Of a stretch of 64,000 nucleotides of DNA, positions 56,228-64,000 are shown piece by piece. This DNA comes from an uncultured Verrucomicrobia subdivision 3 bacterium (GTDB taxonomy: Bacteria > Verrucomicrobiota > Verrucomicrobiia > Limisphaerales > UBA8199), in NCBI GenBank assembly GCA_903913865.1, contig CAIWMU010000039.1, forward strand, positions 24,793 to 88,792, in the 5' to 3' direction. A program made the position numbers and the translations under genes. Each line of letters begins with the position of its first letter. The stretch's first letter is position 1. The notes beneath the pieces were generated by a model. It worked only from the letters and a program-made list of their open reading frames with translations. It did no database searches and was not told the DNA's origin.

Positions 56228-58240
56228 ATGAAGACCCTGATTCGATCCCTGACCCTCCTCCTCCTGCTGGGTCTCATCGCCCCGCTCCTCCACGCCAAAC
56301 CCTCGCCGTCCTCCACGCCGCTGGTCATCGCTGATTTCGAGGCTCCCGACTCCGCAGCCGTCTGGAAAGGCCTCCCGGCCGAACGCACCACAGGTCAGGC
56401 CTCTGAAGGCCAGCATGCCCTGAAGTTCGTGATTCCCAAATGGAACGAGGGGGATGAGCCACGGCCCGGAGTTCGCCTCCCGTTTGCCAATGGCTGGGGC
56501 TTTCCATCCAAAGATTTTTCCTCCTATGGAGGCATTGCTATGAGCATCTGGGTCGAGGGCACCCCGCCCATGCGCCTCGGGATGAAACTTCGCGATGAGG
56601 ATGGCGAGGTCAGCTGGACCACCCATGCCGAAATCCAGCCCGGCAAGTGGAATGATATTCTACTCACAACAAAGGAGGCCGGGGCCGACACCGACATCCA
56701 CAGGGTCTCGGAAATCATTGTCTATTCCCTGAGACCCACGAACAGTTTCACGGCCATCATCGACAACCTCCACCTGACCCCCCGCGACCTCCCGCCGGTC
56801 GCCAGGTTTGATCTGAAGTATCCAAACTACCGGAACTGGATTTTTCCCGGAGCGCACGATGTTGAAGTGGCCTGCGAGGTTGAGGCTGAATCACACGGGC
56901 TCAACCCCCGCCAACTCTCTCTCGAACTCACCCTGCGTTCGGCCTCCGGGCAGAGTTCCACCCGGGCATCCTTCAAGGGGAGCAGTGCGCTGGCATCCCT
57001 CAAATCCTCCAGTCTGCCCCCCGGCGATCTCACGCTGGAGGCCCGCCTGATGGGAGCCGGCGGCCATGAACTCGCACGGGAACAGTGGCCCCTCCGGATG
57101 CTCACCGCGCCGGAAGTCTCGGGACTCAAGTCATACGTCGATTCCCGGAATAATCTGCATGTGGATGGCGCCCCCTTCTTTCCCATCGGCTGGTATTGCA
57201 GTGTCAACACCCAGCACCTCGCTGAAATCGCCTCAAGCCCTTTCAACTGCCTCCTCGCCTATGGAACCGATAATTATCCCAAAAGCGACATGCGCGCCTT
57301 TCTCGACAACATTCAATCGAAGGGCCTGAAGCTCGTCTATTGCATGAACGACATTTATCCCACGGCCAAATATTTTGAAGGCAAGACCTGGGAAGGGATC
57401 TCCGGAAATGAAGCCATTGCCTCAGCTGTCATGGCGGCCTACAAGGATCACCCTGCGATTATTGCCTGGTATCTGAACGACGAAATCCCCCACAGCCTCC
57501 TCCCGCAACTCACCGACTACTATGCCCGTGTGAAACAGGCGGATCCTGGCAGGCCCGCCCTCATCGTTCTTTGCAACCGCTCCGAACTGCCTTGGTTCCC
57601 CTCCACGACTGATCTCTTCGGCGTTGATCCCTATCCCATCCCCCAGGATCCCATCACCCGGGTCAGCGGTTTCATCGACTCCGCCCGCGCCGCCGTCAGG
57701 GACCGGCAGTCTGTCTGGTTTGTCCCCCAGGCCTTCGGATGGTATCAATACAACTCCACAAACACGGATCGGGGCCACATCCCCACCGCAGAGGAACTCC
57801 GAACCAGCCGGGCCCCCACCCGCGAGGAGGAGCGTTGCATGACCTACCTCGGGCTCATCCACGGCGCCAAGGGACTGATCTACTATTGTTACTACGACAT
57901 GCGCGTCCTCCCACAATACGACACCATGTGGCAGTGGATGAAATCCATCGCGGGGGAGGTCCGCCAGCTTTCTCCGACCCTGCTCTCCACAGATACGCCT
58001 GGCTCTATGACCGTCAGCCTGCCGGGCATCCATGCCGCTTTGAAGCGGCATGGTGCCAAACAGTGCGTCATGGCCACAAATCCCACGCAATCCCCTTCCA
58101 CAGCCACCTTTACGATCAAGGGCGCTGGGTCGCATAAGGTCTCCGTTCTGTTCGAAAACAGAACAATCCAGATGAGGCACGGGCGCTTCGAGGACTCCTT
58201 CGCCCCTCTCGCAGTTCATGTTTACGAATGGTGCGAGTGA
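56228..58240 (+). CDS. Secreted hypothetical protein, possibly TIM-barrel glycosidase-like
   Basis: Start at ATG 56228 with signal peptide MKTLIRSLTLLLLLGLIAPLLHA. AWYLNDEIP and WFVPQAFGW hint at a GH-clan-A-like barrel, but no family is recognised. Confidence 0.6.
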   Translation: MKTLIRSLTLLLLLGLIAPLLHAKPSPSSTPLVIADFEAPDSAAVWKGLPAERTTGQASEGQHALKFVIPKWNEGDEPRPGVRLPFANGWGFPSKDFSSYGGIAMSIWVEGTPPMRLGMKLRDEDGEVSWTTHAEIQPGKWNDILLTTKEAGADTDIHRVSEIIVYSLRPTNSFTAIIDNLHLTPRDLPPVARFDLKYPNYRNWIFPGAHDVEVACEVEAESHGLNPRQLSLELTLRSASGQSSTRASFKGSSALASLKSSSLPPGDLTLEARLMGAGGHELAREQWPLRMLTAPEVSGLKSYVDSRNNLHVDGAPFFPIGWYCSVNTQHLAEIASSPFNCLLAYGTDNYPKSDMRAFLDNIQSKGLKLVYCMNDIYPTAKYFEGKTWEGISGNEAIASAVMAAYKDHPAIIAWYLNDEIPHSLLPQLTDYYARVKQADPGRPALIVLCNRSELPWFPSTTDLFGVDPYPIPQDPITRVSGFIDSARAAVRDRQSVWFVPQAFGWYQYNSTNTDRGHIPTAEELRTSRAPTREEERCMTYLGLIHGAKGLIYYCYYDMRVLPQYDTMWQWMKSIAGEVRQLSPTLLSTDTPGSMTVSLPGIHAALKRHGAKQCVMATNPTQSPSTATFTIKGAGSHKVSVLFENRTIQMRHGRFEDSFAPLAVHVYEWCE

Positions 58241-58432
58241 TCTCCTTGTAACCTTTCTCATGCTGGATGCATCTTAACCTCAGATGACCGCTCTGCGGTC
58301 ATGTGAACCAAAGCAAAAAACAAACACACTTGAACCGCTGCAGGCGGTCCGCAGGAGGTGGTCATCCGGCCTTGCTCCATGACGTTCATCCTGCCGCTCA
58401 ACATAACAACCATAGACACGTCTCAGATTAAC

Positions 58433-58849
58433 ATGAAAAACTTTATCAAACTCTCCCTGTGCGCCCTTCTGGCCATTGCATTCATCTCCCAAGCTCAGGC
58501 TGCCGACAAAAAGGTCGATGGAACCTGGAGTTGGACAACTCCCGGTCGTAACGGCGGTCCGGAACGTAAAATGACCCTCACCTTGAAGACCGAGGGCGAC
58601 AAGCTGACCGGCAAGCTCGAATCTCCGGGGCGTGACAACAAAACCAACGAAACCGCCATTCAGGATGGAAAAGTGAAGGACACCGAAGTCACCTTCACCA
58701 TCGTTCGCGAATTCAACGGAAACAAAATGACTTCCAAGTTCTCCGGCAAACTCGAAGGCGATTCGATCAAGGGCAAAACCACCTCCACCCGCAACGGCGA
58801 AGATCAATCCCGCGATTGGGAAGCCAAGCGCGTTGCCGACAAGAAGTAA
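58433..58849 (+). CDS. Small secreted beta-rich protein, unknown function
   Basis: 138 aa from ATG 58433 with signal peptide MKNFIKLSLCALLAIAFISQAQA. Two GTW..T/GKL..D.IKG-like halves. Followed by a strong terminator. Confidence 0.75.
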   Translation: MKNFIKLSLCALLAIAFISQAQAADKKVDGTWSWTTPGRNGGPERKMTLTLKTEGDKLTGKLESPGRDNKTNETAIQDGKVKDTEVTFTIVREFNGNKMTSKFSGKLEGDSIKGKTTSTRNGEDQSRDWEAKRVADKK

Positions 58850-58880
58850 TTTTCCCGTCCCACAGTTAGTCCCCACCCTA

Positions 58881-58910
58881 CAGCGTCGCCCCAACGGGCG
58901 GCGCTGTTTT
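58881..58910 (+). terminator. Rho-independent terminator
   Basis: An 11-bp stem (cagcgtcgccc / gggcggcgctg, one G-U pair), loop caac, then tttt. Confidence 0.7.
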
Positions 58911-59173
58911 GCTTTGGATAGGGGGGAGTCCCGCCCAACCCTCACCTCTGCTGTTTGGGATCGGCAGGAAAAACGATCCTTATTCAAGGAGTTCGGGATT
59001 TGCAGTTCAGAGCTTCCTATAAAAAGTGAAAAATCTTTAATCTCTACTTGTCAACTGTAGTCGCTCATGTTAGAACATCCCCCGTGCTTCCCGTTAGGCG
59101 GTGTTTGCATAAAGAAGAACCGCCCCGAACTTCCCGGAAGTCGGGAATGTGGGGTAAACTCTGAAAAAATAAA

Positions 59174-60151
59174 ATGAAAAACCTACAGATCGCCAGTAAA
59201 AATAACTGGTTTCTCAACCGCTCCACAATTCCCACGCTTGCCGCGACTCTGCTTGCAGGTCTGGCAATCCAGAATTCCGCAGTCGCTCAGGATGCCAAGG
59301 CGGCGTCCGAGAAGCCCGATCCCCTTCCCCTTCACCAGATCGAGGGTAACGGCGGGATCTTTTCGACCCTCTCGGCCTACATCGTCAATCCCCCACGCGA
59401 TGGCGAAATCGTGGGCCGCCCCAGCGCTGGCTTCTCCTATGTGAGCCTCGGCCACGGCCAGAATCTCGAAGCCCTCACCGTCACGGAATCCCCGTGGAAA
59501 CGCCTTGAGCTGGGCTACGGATGGAACCGCCTCGGGCTGGGTGACCTGCCCCTTGCCATCAAAGACGCGACAACCGTGAGCCTGAAGAATGATTCGGTGC
59601 AGCTGCACAACGCCAACGCCCGGCTTCAATTGCTGAAGGAGGGAGAGTTTGACCAGAAGTGGATCCCGGCGGTCACAGCGGGCGTTCATTACAAGGCCAA
59701 CGATGGCATCAGCCAGATCAACAGCGACCTCGGTGGGGCCTTGAATGCGAGTGGCATCGAGCAGAGAAGCGGCGTGGACTTCACCCTCTATGCATCCAAG
59801 ATGTTCACCCAACTCCCGCGCCCCGTGCTGCTGGAGCTGGGCGGGCGCGCCACCCGTGGCGTCTGGAACGGCCTCGCAGGGTTCACGGATGAATACAGCT
59901 TCCTGTTCGAGGGCAACGTGGTGGTCTTCATCACTGGCAACCTCGCCCTTGCTGCGGAATACCGCCAGCAACCAAACGATTACGCCCCGATCGGATCACT
60001 GGTCCGCGAATCGGGTGACTGGTGGACACTTGACGCCGCATACGTGGTGAACAAGCACCTCACGGTCGCCGCTGGCTACGGCCACTTTGGCGGCCTGCTG
60101 AACCACGAAGCGAACGGCGTGTGGGGCATCACAACCAAATACGAGTTCTAA
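59174..60151 (+). CDS. Putative outer-membrane beta-barrel protein (DUF3034-like)
   Basis: Signal-like N-terminus, alternating beta-strand pattern, and C-terminal ...GITTKYEF (terminal Phe, OMP-type). Confidence 0.65.
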   Translation: MKNLQIASKNNWFLNRSTIPTLAATLLAGLAIQNSAVAQDAKAASEKPDPLPLHQIEGNGGIFSTLSAYIVNPPRDGEIVGRPSAGFSYVSLGHGQNLEALTVTESPWKRLELGYGWNRLGLGDLPLAIKDATTVSLKNDSVQLHNANARLQLLKEGEFDQKWIPAVTAGVHYKANDGISQINSDLGGALNASGIEQRSGVDFTLYASKMFTQLPRPVLLELGGRATRGVWNGLAGFTDEYSFLFEGNVVVFITGNLALAAEYRQQPNDYAPIGSLVRESGDWWTLDAAYVVNKHLTVAAGYGHFGGLLNHEANGVWGITTKYEF

Positions 60152-60162
60152 GCCCCGGCTGA

Positions 60163-61557
<1,395 letters not shown>

Positions 61558-61583
61558 TCTGCGAGGATGCGGATTTGTATGGC

Positions 61584-61630
61584 GGGCCGGAGTTGTGGAT
61601 CGTCCACGGCTCCGGCCCTTTTCCTTTTTC
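61584..61630 (+). terminator. Rho-independent terminator of metY
   Basis: gggccggag...ctccggccc stem with an inner gtgga/tccac pairing, followed by ttttcctttttc. Confidence 0.7.
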
Positions 61631-61637
61631 AGGGGTC

Positions 61638-62567
61638 CTAAAAGACGTGAGGAATTCCTTCCTCAAGTATGTTAAGCTTTTTAGTTAGCTTTTCCTGCTC
61701 GGCCAGTTCCTTCAGCCAGCGGGGTGGCTCATCCATATCCTCAAAAGAGAGCTTGAATGATCCATAATGCATGGGGATCAAACGCCTGGCCCGCAGGTCT
61801 TTGAATCCCTTGATCGCCTCGTCCGGCCCCATGTGAACATGCCGGAAGGTTTCCGGATGGTAGGCGCCGATGGGCATCAGGGCGATTTCCGGACGGCAAA
61901 CTTTCCCAATCTCCTTGAATCCATCGAAATAGGCGCTGTCCCCGGCGTGGTAAACGCTGCGCCCCTGGTGCTCAAGAACAAACCCGCCGTAGCCCCTGTG
62001 ATGATCCCGCAGAGTGCGTGCACCCCAGTGCTTGGAGGGGGTCAGGGTGACCCGCCAACTGGCATGGGTGAAGGTCTCCCACCAGTCCAGTTCAATGATT
62101 CTGCCAAACCCGAGGTCATGGGCCAATTCCCCAACCCCCCAGGGCATGATTCCCAGCTTCGGGTGGGGCAGGCGACGGAGGGTTGGCTTGTGGAAGTGAT
62201 CGAAGTGGGCGTGGGTGAGGAGCACCAGATCAATCGGTGGCAAGTCCTTGATGCTCATGCCACAGTGCTTGATCCTCTTGAGCAGGAAGAGCCAATTCGC
62301 AAAGTTAGGGTCCACGAGGACGTTCAGGTCGTTGAACTGGATCAGGAAGGAGGCGTGGCCAATCCAAGTGATGGCCACCTGGCCATATTCAAGTTTCGGG
62401 AAAACCGGGCGCCGCCGCTCGCCTGTGCGCTTTGTGAGAAGCGCCTTGATCACCATCTCGTGGAAGAACTTGCGCGGCGCAAAATGGCGGGCCGGGGTCA
62501 GATCCTTGAACTTACGCGGCAATGGCTCGCGTATCAACGGGGGGCGGCAACGGGTCTTTTTGGTCAT
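61638..62567 (-). CDS. MBL-fold metallo-hydrolase (UlaG/NAPE-PLD-like)
   Basis: Start set to ATG 62567. ITWIGHASFLIQ and LLTHAHFDH (HxHxDH). Confidence 0.8.
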   Translation of the reverse strand: MTKKTRCRPPLIREPLPRKFKDLTPARHFAPRKFFHEMVIKALLTKRTGERRRPVFPKLEYGQVAITWIGHASFLIQFNDLNVLVDPNFANWLFLLKRIKHCGMSIKDLPPIDLVLLTHAHFDHFHKPTLRRLPHPKLGIMPWGVGELAHDLGFGRIIELDWWETFTHASWRVTLTPSKHWGARTLRDHHRGYGGFVLEHQGRSVYHAGDSAYFDGFKEIGKVCRPEIALMPIGAYHPETFRHVHMGPDEAIKGFKDLRARRLIPMHYGSFKLSFEDMDEPPRWLKELAEQEKLTKKLNILEEGIPHVF

Positions 62568-62673
62568 GCCAGACACGGGATAATGTGGCAGGAGTTTGCC
62601 CGGGGTGCAATGGCGGTATTTGAATAAGCTCGAACCCCGCGCGTCTGAGATTATGTAATTGAAAGGTTTGAAT

Positions 62674-63099
62674 ATGAAACGATTCACGATTGTTTTGATG
62701 ACTTTTGTCCTCGCCAGCGCGGGACTCAGGCAGGCCTCGGCAGGTGACCGGGAATGGGCAACGGCTGGGAAGGTTCTCACAGGCGTTGTGGCGGGTGCGG
62801 TGATCGCAAACGCCTTGGAACCACGCCCGGCCTGTGTTTACACACCGACCTACGCCTACGCCCCCGCCTACTCCTATGCACCCCCGCCTCCACCGGTCGT
62901 TTATGCGCCGGCTCCGACGGTCGTGTATGCCCCCGCCCCCGTCGTTTACGCCCCGGCCCCTGTGGTGGTTTATTCACCCCCTCCGGTTGTCTACGCTCCG
63001 GCTCCCGTCGTGGTCTACCGCCCGGCCTACTGCCCCCCGCCACTTTTGAGCATTCATTTCGGCTTTGGCGGGCACCAGCACCGGCACGGACATCGATAA
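62674..63099 (+). CDS. Small secreted repeat protein ((V)VYAPAP units, His-rich tail)
   Basis: Starts at ATG 62674 with signal peptide MKRFTIVLMTFVLASAGLRQASA. Six tandem VVYAPAP-like units, ending GGHQHRHGHR. A strong terminator follows. Confidence 0.65.
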   Translation: MKRFTIVLMTFVLASAGLRQASAGDREWATAGKVLTGVVAGAVIANALEPRPACVYTPTYAYAPAYSYAPPPPPVVYAPAPTVVYAPAPVVYAPAPVVVYSPPPVVYAPAPVVVYRPAYCPPPLLSIHFGFGGHQHRHGHR

Positions 63100-63118
63100 T
63101 CTGGTTAGTGGTTTGGTT

Positions 63119-63149
63119 CCCCGCCGGTCTCTGGCCGGCGGGGTTTTTT
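63119..63149 (+). terminator. Rho-independent terminator
   Basis: ccccgccgg-tctctgg-ccggcgggg followed by tttttt. Confidence 0.8.
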
Positions 63150-63243
63150 GTTTCAAACCACTCATTATTGTGCGAAGCTCTGCTACATCCACCACCACAT
63201 TGGTTCGGCGAATGTCCTGCCATGTGGGTTGCCTTGGAGACCG

Positions 63244-63855
63244 ATGAACAACCAACTTGAACATCAACTGGCGGCGCACCTCGGCAGAAAGCCTGTTCTG
63301 GGAACCGGCGTGTTCGTGGCCCCGGGAGCCGTTCTCGTCGGGGATGTGACTTTGGGTGATTACTCCAGCGTCTGGTATAACGCCGTGCTGCGCGGGGATA
63401 TCAACCGGATCGTTGTCGGCCACCACACGAACATTCAGGATACGGCGGTCCTTCATCTTGCAGATGACTTCCCCTGCATCATCGGGAACCATGTCACGAT
63501 TGGCCATGGGGCGATTGTCCATGCCTGCGAGGTGCGGGATGGATCACTCGTCGGAATGGGGGCCACCGTCATGGATGGGGCGGTGATTGGCGAGCATTCG
63601 CTGGTGGCAGCCCGCGCTCTGGTTCCACAGGGGATGCAGGTTCCGCCCGGTTCAATGGTGATGGGGGTGCCGGGCCGCGTGGTGCGTCAACTCACGACTG
63701 AGGAGGGCATCCAATTGAAAAAATGGGCCGATAAGTATGTGCAGATCGCCGCATGGTGTCTGCGCCACGGCTCTGGAGCAACCCCGGCCCCTCACCCGGA
63801 TACCCTGGCCTCGATCAACTGCCAGACCCAGGTGGCACCTACACCTCCGGCCTGA
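63244..63855 (+). CDS. Gamma-carbonic-anhydrase-family protein (left-handed beta-helix, YrdA/PaaY-like)
   Basis: Start at ATG 63244. Hexapeptide repeats (VWYNAVLRGDINRIVVGHHTNIQDTAVLH...IGNHVTIGHGAIVHAC). Confidence 0.85.
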   Translation: MNNQLEHQLAAHLGRKPVLGTGVFVAPGAVLVGDVTLGDYSSVWYNAVLRGDINRIVVGHHTNIQDTAVLHLADDFPCIIGNHVTIGHGAIVHACEVRDGSLVGMGATVMDGAVIGEHSLVAARALVPQGMQVPPGSMVMGVPGRVVRQLTTEEGIQLKKWADKYVQIAAWCLRHGSGATPAPHPDTLASINCQTQVAPTPPA

Positions 63856-64000
63856 CTGAAACGCGCCCCATACTCCCTCATGGCCCGGCGCAACCCCCCT
63901 GTCCCCATGCGGGTCCGGCCTGTCATGCCTCCCTCGTGCATGCTCCTCACCAGATCCAGTGCGCCTGGGTAGTGGACAATCCGGGTCCATTGGCACTCCT
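63792..64000 (-). CDS. Possible 3' end of a gene entering from the right edge (hypothetical)
   Basis: The minus-strand frame is open from the window edge to the stop at 63794-63792 (...IVHYPGALDLVRSMHEGGMTGRTRMGTGGLRRAMREYGARFSQ...), with GC-rich third positions. It overlaps the gamma-CA 3' end by 64 nt. No family recognised. Confidence 0.3.
   Translation of the reverse strand, partial: ECQWTRIVHYPGALDLVRSMHEGGMTGRTRMGTGGLRRAMREYGARFSQAGGVGATWVWQLIEARVSG

Noticed and set aside
58280-58987. 235-aa minus-strand ORF
   Set aside because: It is antisense to the small secreted protein gene, which has a clear signal peptide and its own terminator. No motifs are present.
59048-59076. Sigma70-like promoter TTGTCA-17 nt-TAGAAC upstream of the OMP-like gene, with a ~95-nt structured leader
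   Set aside because: It is plausible but rests on a weak -10 match. PVC promoter consensus is poorly defined, so I did not list it as a feature.
63652-63996. 114-aa minus-strand ORF at the right edge
   Set aside because: It overlaps most of the gamma-CA 3' region in a frame with Arg/Gly/His-rich junk composition. The alternative open-ended frame (63792-64000) looks more coding-like, but only weakly.

Overview
GC-rich chromosomal segment with the hallmarks of a Verrucomicrobia/Planctomycetes-type (PVC) genome: H-X9-DG prepilin-like proteins, dense glycoside-hydrolase loci and REP-filled intergenic DNA. All family calls below come from motifs read in the supplied translations. No HMM, BLAST or structure search was run. 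The ORF track uses ATG/GTG/TTG starts and omits ORFs that run off the window, so I re-derived several starts and one edge gene by hand. Content: (1) 1-4.9 kb holds a partial secreted hydrolase-like gene, a CPBP/CAAX protease and a Sel1-repeat protein, embedded in four copies of a ~225-nt dispersed repeat (REP-A). (2) 4.9-30.8 kb is a 16-gene, single-strand, tightly packed glycan-utilisation cluster. It encodes a double esterase, GH127, two GH29 fucosidases, GH2, LamG-bearing enzymes, RhaT and SSS transporters, two mutarotases, two UroD-fold proteins, one H-X9-DG prepilin-like protein and DUF885. (3) 30.9-37.0 kb is an accessory patch: a REP-associated tyrosine transposase (RAYT) inside an array of REP hairpins, a gutted type I R-M hsdM remnant, and a ~1080-aa frameshifted surface fibre (LVIVD repeats + Hep_Hag-like head + phage-type S74 chaperone). 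(4) 37.1-41.1 kb holds a CusRS-like two-component pair plus two tandem degenerate OmpR paralogues with a shared Cys/His tail. (5) 41.3-64 kb holds HU, a second H-X9-DG protein, a TolC-MFP-ABC efflux operon, BtpA, Zn-ADH, a radical SAM protein, bifunctional fucokinase/GDP-fucose pyrophosphorylase (Fkp), metY, an MBL hydrolase, gamma-CA and small secreted proteins. The best candidates for something undescribed are two. One is the twice-repeated transporter/mutarotase/UroD-like cassette in the glycan cluster. The other is the module of a two-component system (TCS), two Cys/His-tailed pseudo-receiver OmpR regulators and a chimeric fibre, next to a REP/RAYT-eroded restriction locus. No CRISPR array, rRNA or convincing tRNA was seen.
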